Shown here piece after piece: positions 26,124 to 38,350 of a stretch of 64,000 nucleotides of DNA. The stretch's first letter is position 1. Every line of letters begins with the position of its first letter. The stretch is taken from assembly GCF_006345805.1 (NCBI RefSeq), contig NC_042999.1, positions 18,848,001 to 18,912,000 on the forward strand. Reading direction: 5' to 3'. Both the position numbers and the translations under genes were made by a program. The stretch is from Octopus sinensis. Lineage: Eukaryota. A model generated the notes under the pieces. The model saw nothing but the letters and a program-made list of their open reading frames with translations. It ran no database searches and was not told where the DNA came from.

Positions 26124-28987
26124 TTTAACTGCATTGTTATTATGTATATACATCAATATATTGCACTCTCCCGAAATACAATACATGATTTACATTATTC
26201 AACTACGAAATATTGAACTGTGCAATAAGTGTAATATAACGTCAGGTTGTTTACAGTTTAACATTTCATAAAGTTGAGCTCTATAACATTCGTAGCTATT
26301 TCAACAGCACCACTCCTACCACCAGCATCACCACATCATTGCAGCCGATAAAATTCCTATACCAGAATAACAGACACTCTCCAAATGACTTGAATGTGTC
26401 ATTGTATTTAATTCATCTCATCGATCATTTGTTATCGATTGTATTCTGATGTACGCATGCATCTATGTATCCAATGCACCATGTATGTGTGTTTTAGGCT
26501 AGGCTTTAACACGTTGATGCATTCATCATTATGTAAACATACATTCCTATCTTCGCCACAAATTTGCATAGACAGATGCCTGTATTTAGACATCTGAATG
26601 AATATGTACATATGCATACGCATGTGTGTACGTATTCTATATTATAGCGCAATACAATAATAACACAATGCTGTTGAAAGAATAAAATACATTTCATTTG
26701 ATACATCGCGCACAAATTTTCTATACGGAAATATGATATCAATGGGAAACACGTTGTAATAACAAACAATACAATGGGAAAGCCGTTACTACTTACGCCA
26801 TGATGTAAAACCTAAGCTGAAATCGACCAATGAAAGGCACGCCTATCAAAGCTTTTGTCGAGCTCATGTTTAATGCGTTCATTCATGATCACAACTTTAA
26901 CATTTGTGTTGAACGAGTTGACAAAATAATAGGCAACCAGCCAAGAAATCGGAAATTTGTTTTCTCTCGACATTGCAGAGTTATATCCGTGGCAAAGGCA
27001 CTTAATACTCAAAAGAGGAATTCAATCCGTCCAGCTGCAAACAAATACTGCAGAGTATGAACTATTTCGTTTCTGCAGTTGTTCTTGCTTAAAGCCAGGT
27101 CAGCTGAAGGAGTAAGCCATTAATATTTCAAATTATCAAACATTGTAAATGCAGGACTATGTAATCCAATGAATATTTCATGTATTTAAGACAGCATCCT
27201 TTTACTTGTTCCAGTAATTCATCTGGACTGTGGCTATGTTGGAGTACGACAGCGAAAAATGTATTCCATTTCCCATTTTGAAAGAAAACAAGGCGCTTGG
27301 AGAAATACTAGAAATCATAACCATATTGGAGTAGAATAGTTAAGACAACAATTGATTGAAAATTGTAATTAAAGTCAACAGAACAAAACTGAAACACAGT
27401 TCATTACTGTTAATTATTGAGGAAAGGTCACCGCTACTTCCAGAATAAACATTTATATTTCAACGCAGACATGTGGAGATTTTTCAACTCGATCACTACA
27501 ACGATAAAGGTGAATGTTTTTTGGCGGGAAATATAGTGTGACAAGAGGTCAATAAATGGCGAATAACGTCGAGAAATTATCTAAATGTTCAACTGCTGCT
27601 ATCTTTTTTACTAACTTACAGGATCAAAAATAGGTGTAACATTAGAATTACACTCATACATATGAAAATATATTTCATAGGGTTATACGTATAGGTGTGT
27701 GTATGTGTGTCTCTGTGTGTGTAAGTGTATGTATATATTAACGCAAGCACATTCTCCAACACACATACCCCCATATACATATATATACATATACATGCAC
27801 TTATATAAACATATATATATATATACAAAATTTTGTAACACAAATTTTTAATCCTCGGATTTTTTAAATATGCTAGCTTACTGGTTTTAATTAATATCAA
27901 TTTCTACCCTTATTTACTTTTAAACATATATATAGATAGAGAGAAAGAAAGAAAGAAAGAAAGAAGGAAAGAAAACGAGACACAGACAGACAAATAGAGA
28001 GGGAGATAGAGAGACGGAGACAGTGATAGAAGGTAGAAGTTTTACTCTATTACTGTATAGTTTTCGAATGATTCATACACTACAGTATATGTTCTGTTAT
28101 CTTCAGCTGGAACTACGCAGTTACAAATGGCGCGCAGATGATCAGACGTCTAATATGACCCAATCACTCGCCTTCCAATCTTGAATATACTTACTAAAAT
28201 AGACATAGATTCACACAAACACTACCCGGCTATTACACAGTACGGTATTACGCAATTTCTATCTCTTATTTGCCATGATATCGTTGTGTTATTATAAACC
28301 AATTATTCTCTACGCACACATACATACGCATACCCGGCTTTTATCTAGTACGTAACCTTTGAACTGAACTTTATTGTCCTTCTGTGTATAATTATTTACT
28401 AAACGCTAGTTGAACTAATCTAATAACGTTTTCTGTTATTTTGTTCCTCTTAGTTCACAATGTGCTTCTTTATATTGTTTTTGTTGTTGCTACGTTTGTG
28501 TGGTGACTTATAGAATGGTGGCCTCGTAGTTTCCAATTAATTAGCGGAATTAACGTGCCGAGAAAATAAAACCATTTATCAATGCGTTTATTTCTACAGT
28601 ATAAAGGAATAAATATGGGGCCAACTCCGTGCCAACTATCCTAATACAGAAACCAGAACCATAACGGTAAAGACATTTTAGTAGGATAAGATTAAATGAT
28701 TGACGCACGGAATCGCTAATTAGTCTTGTTGGATATTCAGCCAGAGTATTGCGTCTGTTGTTGCTGCTTTATAGTTTGCTGTTGTATATCTAATTCTAAT
28801 AATGATTCCAATAAGGCTTGCTATTGTAAAGTATGATATAGACTCATTAGTCAAGCAGCATAAATGTACGACAGTAAATGCTTGTTTCTATAAATGTGTA
28901 TGTGTTTGTGTTTATACGTAACATCAGACTTTCATATACTACTATTCCTATTACTGAGAGATTAGGAATTCTTCCTGCTGCTTCTAT

Positions 28988-28988
28988 G

Positions 28989-29041
<53 letters not shown>

Positions 29042-29735
29042 CATCATTATTGAGTGAGAGAGAGCAGTGCATGCCATCAAAGTGAGACTGGGGTAAAATA
29101 TATGAAGCGCAGCATGCTCATCATGTCTACCCATCTGATAAGTGTACACCAGGCACATGCATCACAACCAAAATATGCGCGACATGGTGATCTCCTATCA
29201 AGATAAACAGCACATAACCTTGCAGGTGGGGCCCAGTTAGAATATTCTTCTGGTCGAATAGCCCATCCCGCTCAAAAGGTCTCTGAATAAAGGTAGTTTA
29301 AGGATGTTGAACGAAACACCCATGCTTACAAAGGTGAATTATTCAAAACCCAAAGAATCCCTCTCAACACATGGCTATGATGCTCCCCCACTACTTCTTC
29401 TCGTGTTCAGAGATGCACATATCGTCAACCACTAAGGGGCATGCTCAACTGGTTAAGGTCAAACAACCGACAAACAAATCTGTAGTAATGAGCAGAATAT
29501 TTACTCACTATTCCCAGGATCGCGACAATTATTGGTACTAGTACCACCTTTTTCAGCGACCACAACTGCGTAATCTCCCAATCTAACCTGTCATATCTAT
29601 CGATTTCCTTTCTTCTTTATTGCATTCACTGATGTCAACTCGGCATGCGATATCTATGGTCCAGCATCGTTCGCTTTCTTTCTCAATTAACACCATGTGT
29701 GCTCTATTAATTATTATTATTATTATTATTATTAT
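28988..29735 (-). mobile_element. R4/Dong-like non-LTR retrotransposon 3' remnant between (TAA)n arrays
   Basis: 29504-29696 minus: MVLIEKESERCWTIDIACRVDISECNKEERK/IDRYDRLDWEITQLWSLKKVVLVPIIVAILGIVS (RLE domain, one frameshift); 29050-29500 is a probable 3' region; (ATT)n at 28988-29050 and 29706-29735. Confidence 0.78.
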
Positions 29736-29945
29736 TGATATACACAAACTATTAGACTGTTGGAAAAGGAAAGAATCCTGATATCGGGTTACAAGTTGCT
29801 TTAGATGCCTAAAAACCTCCTAAGTATTCTAGCTATCCTAAAAACGCCGTTTTCTGCAGCTGTACTAAACTGAGTTTTATGCCTAATTCCTAAGGAATTA
29901 TGTACATTATTTACATTATTTACATTCAAAATTTCCTCAAGTCAT

Positions 29946-29990
29946 CTGAAGAAGGCTGGAAGTTATATCAGCCGAAACGTTGTGTTAACA
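29946..29990 (+). ncRNA. Hammerhead ribozyme core (PLE type)
   Basis: CTGAAGA-A-GGCTG GAAGTTATAT CAGCC-GAAACGTTGTGTT: canonical boxes, 5-bp stem II, palindromic AACGTT; stem I not convincingly identified. Confidence 0.65.
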
Positions 29991-31626
29991 ACAAACAGGA
30001 AGAGGACAAATATCCGTCGAATGTAAATAATGTAAATAATGTGTATGCGAGTATGTTTCACAGATCCAGGAGAGGATACTATCTGCATCAAACTAAGGGA
30101 GTCCATATGCTTTTTTATGAGTGTGCATGTTCGCAAGGACGTAAATCTATACCAGATTTAATTCGATGAAATGCGAATATAATCTCATAAAACCGATAAA
30201 AATTGGCACTCAAAACGGACACCTTTTGGTAAGTTTTCGGCACCAATCGCACAGATACTCCTCTGTCATATTCCCCATTAAACTAGTGAATGACTCGTTG
30301 GAAACCTGTGAAGAATGATGTTATTTCTCATGAATTACGCATCGAGGCGCACAATATCATTTAGCAAAAATAATAATTGTTGCAAAGTCTGTTAGAGCAT
30401 ATATTTTTCTACTTGTACAGTATTGTTTCATCATCTAACTTTCTGGGCGTCTTATTCCTCTTGGATCGATAAAATAATCTCCATTCTTACACTTTGCAGG
30501 ATTTATATGTCTGTTCCGTATATGACTTCATGTTCCTAATGTTCCAAGTCATTATTAAAGTTGTTGTTGTTGTTGGATTTACTGCTGAAAGATTCGCCTC
30601 GGAGCAATTCCTTTTTCACTTGATACAATATATGTTTTCTCAAACAAAAGAATTGGCTTGTTTCTTGGAATGTATTTCATAAGAGGGAAAACGAGGAGAA
30701 TTTGTTTTACATCAATTCTATTTAGGGAAACAAATTTTATTTGTTATTTTCTTCTGCCTTCGTGACAGAAATACATTTTAACATGACTATAAGTGTGGCG
30801 GTGGGTGATAATTTGCCATAATAGTTGTATCTAAATCCGCCTTCGGAGAAGAGCAAACAATGCGATTCTCTGTGTACATGGAACAATCTCAAATAACAGC
30901 AATGCTTCAACATTGACAGCAAAATGAACATCAATTCTTATAAAAAAAAATAATGAAAATATCAGTTGTAGAATTGATGAAAGAGTGTATAAATGTGAGA
31001 ATTTGGGATAACATCTACGAAATGAAACAAAACGATTTAAAAAAAATTTTAATTTCTGCAATTGAAAACGACATTGTTTTTGTTGTTTTTCTGCGAGCCC
31101 GAGATTCACAACGCTCTTTCATATTCTTCCTATCTATGTATAATAGGTTCGAATGGTTTATAAGCTACCAAACTGAGAACACATTCTCACAAGATATAAG
31201 GAGTCATTCTCAGAAGAATAATTGTAATATCAAAAATGTCTTTTGTCCTTTGAATATTGCAACGATATACATCAGCAATAAAAACTGCATATGAACAGAA
31301 ATTTTAATAGCCTTGATCACATTTGCCTGTGCTGTGTATTAGATCAGAACTTACTGGTTTAGTAATGAAGAGTCGTCCATGGAAAAGAGGAAATAAGCCG
31401 CGTCTGAACACACTGCAGTGACAATGAATACTCATAATATATCAAAGAGCAAAATATTGTTTTCCTCCACACAATGTAGAATATCTGACGTAAACAGATC
31501 ATTGAATCAAAGGCAAGCATTATTCACGCTATGGGTGTAGTTAGGAGTACTAACACTGTTCTTAACGACAGGTGTGGAAAAAATACAATGAGCTGTAACA
31601 GCTATGGTACGGCAAAATATTTCAGC

Positions 31627-31922
31627 GTGGAGGTGCAATGGCCCAGTGGATAGGGCAGCGGACTCGTGGTTTCGATTCCCAGACCGGGCGTTATGCGTGT
31701 TTATAGATCGAAAACACCTAAAGCTCCATGAGGCTCCTGCAGGGGGTGGTGGGGTGGCGAACCCTGTTATACTCCTTCGCCCCAACTTTCTCTCACACTT
31801 TCTGTTTCTTGAGTAACGCTGCGATGGACTGGCGTCCCGTCCAGCTGCGGGGGGAGGGGCACATACGCCATAGAAACCGGGAAACCGGGCCCATGAGTCT
31901 GGCTAGGCTTACAAAAGGACGC
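31627..31922 (+). mobile_element. SINE family C with short TSD
   Basis: gtggaggtgcaatggcccagtgg...ggtttcgattcccagaccggg; TSD tatttcagc at ~31618 and ~31937. Confidence 0.88.
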
Positions 31923-32815
31923 GTAATAGAAAAAATTATTTCAGCAGAGAATAAAGAACGATATTTTCAGTATAAAAACAGATCTCGAAGCAAACTCTTC
32001 GAGGATGTCAAATATATATTCCAATCAGAAATTTCGAAACTATATCACGTAAATAGGTTATGGCTTTAGCTGACAAGTTTCTGAATGTAAGGAACCTAAT
32101 AGAAAAGACCTACGTAACATAGAGGCCTAATAACAGTATTCATAGGAGCAAGTAACACAACTAAAGTAGTTTTATAGAAATAGATAGCAAGATAGTTAAA
32201 TGCGAACACCACAGGCAAAGGAGAAAGAATAAATTGTAAAGCAAAGAGTAAACGTGCTTAGGTTTCTGACAGAAATTTAATCAGATATGTGAAGAAATGT
32301 TTTGACCGTGGAAACTCATGTATGGATGTATTTTAGGATATGAACTATTAGCCTATAGCCATTAACAGTTTCCTGAATTTGAAAAAAATAACACACACTA
32401 CTTTGCGGATAAATAAATGCCTGTTGAAAAACATGAAGGCTGTGTATTTCCTTGTCCAGCAGTCAATAAGACTGCCTACCTATTCATGTCATCTTGTTGA
32501 GAGTGAGGTTTACATGTGAGGCAGGACTAATTTGTAATCGCCTAAATACCAATATAAATATGTGACTTCAAGAAAACTTGCGAGCAAATTTAGAAATAAT
32601 TACGCATGAAAATTGTTGACGTAGATATCTTAAGAAATCTTTAAACAGACACTGGATTAGCAGATATAAAAATTATAATATTACGGCATAGAAACACGTC
32701 AAGTATCTTAGGCAGGAATTAAGAGAATTGGGAGTGTATAACTTGGCCCTCAGTAAAATTTAAGACCCTATGTAAACAGGATATTGATGCGTGTTGGAGT
32801 TAGGGATAAAGCATA

Positions 32816-33483
32816 ATGTAATTTTTTTCCCCAGTTGTGTGGCCTCCGATCGTTTTGCTCCTTTACGGTCAATTAAACCGCTTATTCGCTAAGATATGAT
32901 TAAGCTGTATTAAGCTGCATTTACATGTATCTTTATCGTAATTTTTAAGTTTAACCCATCTAGCATATTACTTGATGTCGTTGGTTGTTTTAGTGAAAAG
33001 CAGAGTGCGTCTGAGGTGTTTCTGCAAAGTTTCCCATTATGTGAGATTCATTGACGGAACGTGGATCGACATGAGGTTTTGTTAAATATTACTGACACCG
33101 ATGCCAAACAGTGGGATAGAAACTGGAAGTTAATTATACTTGTTATCGCCTAACAAATAGTAATTGTATATCTGGGTAGATGTGTCGTTTTCAGTAAATT
33201 GCTGACACGAATAAATTAACGAATTACCATCAATTCAGATTAAAACAGAAAAGAAGAGTAGAACAGCAGAGTTTTAGTAAAGATAGAAGAGAGGTAATAG
33301 TAGGCAACATGAAGTCGTTGTCGATGGACTATAAATACATGCAAAAGGGACAATGTACAGGCGATACATATACTTCTATTGGTGCTTCACGAACTGACTA
33401 TAAACTTCGGGATTTTGCTGTTCGAACGTGATATGTCGCATTTCTGACGACGTTGTATGTTCTGCAGCTGTAATTGTGCGTTG
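32816..33483. repeat. Longer copy of segment B (25465-25903)
   Basis: ccagttgtgtg.cctc.gatcgt...cacgaataaattaacgaattaccatcaattcagatt...gcatttctgacgacgttgtatgttctgc shared; extra ~235 bp at ~32925-33160. Confidence 0.88.
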
Positions 33484-33654
33484 TGAAGACAAACCTGTGC
33501 ATGGATTTGAAGTCGACCAATGCTCTGGACGCTTGACTTTTTCATTGAATGTGCGGGAAAGTTTTACTTATGCAATGTTTTTCTAAATAGTTTCCAAATA
33601 ATATGCTCGAAGTTATATATATATAGGTTTCAGATGTTGTTCGGGAGAGGTGGA

Positions 33655-33818
33655 TGCAATCGATTAGGTCGAACCCAGTGATAATATGGAACTTATTTCA
33701 TTTAGCAAGAAGGTACGGAATGCAAATTCAGCCACGGCGGAATTTGAACTCCGAATATAAAGACGGACGAAATACCGTAAAGCATTTGCTCGAAGTGCTA
33801 ACGCTTCTGCTAGCTCGA
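33655..33818 (-). mobile_element. SINE family A, diverged
   Basis: cggcggaatttgaactc...gacgaaataccgtaaagcattt...gtgctaacg. Confidence 0.7.
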
Positions 33819-34265
33819 GACCTTACGTCATGTGAGCTATCTTAAAGTATATCTCAGTTCCCTTCCTTGTTTGTGTAAATGAGAACTAATATTCAATATA
33901 TACAACATTTCAAGTTCTGTGGAATAGAGCAATTTAACCTCCATTAGTTGAAGTACAATAATATCGTTTTATCTTTTTTTATTTTGTTAGGAATTGTACT
34001 CTGGGCCTAGCTGGGATATCGCCTTCAAAAATGGTTTTACGTGAACGAATCGACCCAAGTAATTATTTTAAAAATCCTGATTCGTATCCTGCTGGATGTT
34101 TTGCTGAACCGCTAGCTTACAGCAACACACACACATGCCAACACTGATTATCATGTTGTGAGGGGGGGGAAACCCAATGATGAAGACTCAGACAAATATA
34201 TATATATATATTTATAAAAAGTGTATGTGACATACGAATGGGCATATATATATATATATATATAT

Positions 34266-35100
34266 AATTAAAAATGAGGGTATCTGAGAGACACCACCAT
34301 GCCGAAATAGCAGTCGAAACTCTGACTATAAAAACCACGTTAAGTGTTCACATCGTACCATGAGATAAGACAGAGGGACAAAATAGACAAGCAAAAGTTA
34401 TTGAATAATTCAAGATCCAGGATTTCTGGTTTTGCTTTAAATAAGCTTTACCGTCATCGGTTGAATATATCAAGAGTACATAAATACAGATATATATATG
34501 CAGAACAAACGATATACTTACGATATACGTACCTTTGTACGGTATTTTTTCCCATGCTGGCCACTTGATAATTTCGATATTTAAATATCGATATTATCCT
34601 CATTTATAAATTTATATAATTCGTTATTATATTCACTGCGGTGTTTATTTTAACCATATCGTGCTAATGGGGTGTTTTTGGCGGGCAATTTAACTGGCCG
34701 TGTGCATACGTACATATGTATATATGTATGGACGTTCGTATATGTAAGTATATCGTTTGTTCTGCATATATATATCTGTATTTATGTACTCTTGATATAT
34801 TCAACCGATGACGGTAAAGCTTATTTAAAGCAAAACCAGAAATCCTGGATCTTGAATTATTCAATAACTTTTGCTTGTCTATTTTGTCCCTCTGTCTTAT
34901 CTCATGGTACGATGTGAACACTTAACGTGGTTTTTATAGTCAGAGTTTCGACTGTTATTTCGGCATGGTGGTGTCTCTCAGACACCCTCATTTTTAATTG
35001 TAAAAAATTATTACCTTTGTACGGTATTTTTTCCCATGCTGGCCACTTGATAATTTCGATATTTAAATATCGATATTATCCTCATTTATAAATTTATATA
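34266..35100. repeat. 256-bp inverted repeat (34266-34521 / 34744-34999) plus 89-bp direct repeat (34530-34618 / 35012-35100)
   Basis: Mirror ORFs 34344..34568(+) and 34664..34921(-) share 59 aa; only about 2 mismatches seen between arms; bounded by (TA)n on both sides. Confidence 0.95.
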
Positions 35101-35167
35101 TATATATATATATACAAAAATAAGTTTGAGAATGCCACTATATAAGATAAATTTTAATTTTCTAAGG

Positions 35168-35218
35168 GATTTTACATGTTTCGGTTCTTCTTGAAAAAGC
35201 GAACCTTATCAATAATAC
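35168..35218 (-). ncRNA. Degenerate hammerhead-like motif
   Basis: Minus strand TTGATAA-GGTTC GCTTTTTCAAGAA GAACC-GAAACATGTA; 5-bp stem II, palindromic ACATGT, GUA triplet; first box has two deviations from CUGANGA. Confidence 0.45.
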
Positions 35219-35761
35219 TTTTAAAAATTAAGTGTAATAAAAAGTTCTTAAAAGTTTCATACTAGTCTCAACAGAGTCCAGTTGGTGGTGTTTTGTGGCG
35301 GGGAGCATAATGGTTGTCTTGCGCGTTGACTACAATCGTTAGCTGTAATCGTGAAAAGAAAATATTTTACCATATATATATGTGTGTGTGTGTAGAAAGA
35401 TAGATACAGAGAGACAGAGAAATAGAGAGACAGAGAGAGAGAGAGAGCGGTAGATAGAAATGTGTATGCAACGGGTTTTTTTAGTTTCCGTCTATTAATT
35501 CCATTCACAAGGCTTTATGTATGCAAGAGTTTATTAAATGCTCTATATTCTTCCTAATTATTATTCAATGAAATGCTATTTTCACGAACTCATCACAAAA
35601 TTCGCTTTCAATGTATAATTCATTCTTTTAACTTTCGTACACTTTTGTATTATAACTTCCCAAACAATTCCTTTAAAAAACATTTACATTCTCACTTAGC
35701 ATTATTAAATCATGTGTTGTTTATTACTTTTAATTTTAAGTACTTTAAAAACCCATATATA

Positions 35762-35794
<33 letters not shown>

Positions 35795-36008
35795 ATTATG
35801 TGAAATAGAAAGATGAATAATCTTGTAGTAGATTAATCAAAAGTTTAACCGATACCTTAGTAGCAAAAATCACAGCAGTAAACAGCACGGTTGGAGGTAC
35901 AACCATATGGTGTTGCAACCGTGCGTTGGTGCGGATAATTGAAATTAAAACATTATTGGTGAATTGAAGAAATGGAGCTGAACGCAGATTGAACAGAAAT
36001 CGTTTTAT

Positions 36009-36096
36009 TTCATTCTACACGTGTTTCGAAAGGCACAAATTACCAAAATCCGATTGAATAATGGGACCATATTGTGTCTTTCTCTTCAGGAAGAAA
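36009..36096 (-). ncRNA. Type I hammerhead ribozyme, left arm of palindrome
   Basis: Minus strand TTC-CTGAAGA-GAAAGACACAA...TTGTGCCTTTC-GAAACACGTGTA-GAATGAAATAAA: intact core, long stem II, palindromic ACACGTGT stem III, GUA triplet, TTC/GAA stem I, then AATAAA. Confidence 0.85.
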
Positions 36097-37327
36097 ATAG
36101 GAAATCCGTTGGAAAAACAGAAACAGAACAGAGGCGGAGCAAAAACAAATCGAACTATGCTCCTAAGAGCCCATGGCGAAACTGTTTATCAGTGTATGTT
36201 GAGAACCGGTGGCTGAAGAATTTAACGGGTCACGCATCGGTCAATCATGTGGGTGAGGGTGTGTGGGTGTTCTTTGTGACCGAGAATAAAGTTCTGACTA
36301 TTTAAGGAATATTGGATGTTTTATAAGGGGCGAGAAAAAATCTACTTAGAGACGTGTGTGTATACTGTTCTATATATGTGTGTGTTGGCGTAGGGGTAGA
36401 AAACATTTTTTGTGTACGTGTGTGCGTTTGATCGTTCGGCTGTCAGTGGCTACTGCCGCGAGAACCGTTGGGTGGCAGAAAAAAAATATATATATTATGT
36501 TTTATGTGTGTGTGTGTGTTCATCTAAGCCTGCCTTGTCAAGGAAACCCCCCGCTGTGAAAAAACCAAGCCCCGTTTGTCTAACAGGAGTAATTCCCCTT
36601 GCAGTGGTTAATCGTAGATATCTTAAAGGCTATTTCAGAATTTGTTACCAAGGGCTATGGGTGCCGGTATTATTTATAAACGCTATTTAAAAGCCAGATA
36701 AGTGTAACGGCGGCGTTACACTTATCTGGCTTTTAAATAGCGTTTATAAATAATACCGGCACCCATAGCCCTTGGTAACAAATTCTGAAATAGCCTTTAA
36801 GATATCTACGATTAACCACTGCAAGGGGAATTACTCCTGTTAGACAAACGGGGCTTGGTTTTTTTCACAGCGGGGGGTTTCCTTGACAAGGCAGGCTTAG
36901 ATGAACACACACACACATATAAAACATAATATATATATATTTTTTCTGCCACCCAACGGTTCTCGCGGCAGTAGCCACTGACAGCCGAACGATCAAACGC
37001 ACACACGTACACAAAAAATGTTTTCTACCCCTACGCCAACACACACATATATAGAACAGTATACACACACGTCTCTAAGTAGATTTTTTCTCGCCCCTTA
37101 TAAAACATCCAATATTCCTTAAATAGTCAGAACTTTATTCTCGGTCACAAAGAACACCCACACACCCTCACCCACATGATTGACCGATGCGTGACCCGTT
37201 AAATTCTTCAGCCACCGGTTCTCAACATACACTGATAAACAGTTTCGCCATGGGCTCTTAGGAGCATAGTTCGATTTGTTTTTGCTCCGCCTCTGTTCTG
37301 ATTTTGTTTTTCCAACGGATTTCCTAT

Positions 37328-37415
37328 TTTCTTCCTGAAGAGAAAGACACAATATGGTCCCATTATTCAATCGGATTTTGGTAATTTGTGCCTTTCGAAA
37401 CCCGTGTAGAATGAA
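37328..37415 (+). ncRNA. Type I hammerhead ribozyme, right arm of palindrome
   Basis: CTGAAGA 37335-37341, GAAA 37397-37400, GTA 37406-37408; stem III reads ACCCGTGT (one change from the left copy). Confidence 0.8.
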
Positions 37416-37475
37416 TTAAAACGATTTCTGTTCAATCTGCGTTCAGCTCCATTTCTTCAATTCACCAATAATGTT

Positions 37476-37600
<125 letters not shown>

Positions 37601-37606
37601 TATTGA

Positions 37607-37928
37607 AGGCGCGTGACTTAGTGGGTAGGGCATTCGGCTTGCGATCGTAAGGTCATGAGTTCAATTCCTCGAGACGCGTTGTGTCCTTGAGCTAGACATG
37701 ATATTTTCCCTTGCTCCAGGCCAATCAGCTGGCCAAAAATAAGTATTACCTGTATTTCAAAGGGCAATCCTTGTCACACTCTGTGTCATGGTGAATCTCC
37801 CTGGGAGCTAAGTTAAATGTACACGTGTCTGTGGGTGCTCACCCACTTATACGTTAATTTCACGAGACGGCTTTTCCGTTGTTCGCATCGGCTGAGACCC
37901 TTGTCGCCGGAACCGACGGAGTGCTCCG
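37607..37928 (+). mobile_element. tRNA-derived SINE (C-related head, tail shared with 43462 copy)
   Basis: aggcgcgtgacttagtgggtaggg...gagttcaattcc; cctgtatttcaaaggg...ttgtcacact...aaccgacggagtgc. Confidence 0.82.
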
Positions 37929-38226
37929 TATATATATATATATATAATGTGGATATAAACAAAGGGTAATACTATGGATTACTACCAGTGGCCCAGCACA
38001 AAAGACGAATTAGTCATTAGACAAAATATTATTCATATAGAAATATAATTAAGGGCTCCTGAATAAGGATGTCGAGTGCATACATATTCTGTTTGTTTTG
38101 CTAGAAAGAGGTAGAAACTGATCGGTCCGAGATGTATTGTTAATGGTAAATGTTTTTGATTTTCACTCTCGATAAATCTATCCTTTTTTTGTGCCCCTAG
38201 CACTTGGCATCCTTATTCTGGATACC

Positions 38227-38350
<124 letters not shown>

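Larger units (their letters stand above)
35949..37475. repeat. Near-perfect 1.53-kb palindrome (~760-bp arms, 4-nt loop at 36710-36713)
   Basis: Centre ...gataagtgtaacg GCGG cgttacacttatc...; mirror ORF pairs 36021/37119, 36356/36865, 36412/36812; ends aacattattggtgaa / ttcaccaataatgtt. Confidence 0.97.

Noticed and set aside
30600-31300. 113-aa ORF 30953..31294 and neighbours
   Set aside because: No recognisable motif; consistent with chance ORFs or unclassifiable decayed repeat.
35885-35924. 9-bp stem hairpin gcacggttg/caaccgtgc just left of the large palindrome
   Set aside because: Outside the mirrored region, no ribozyme boxes; too short to interpret.
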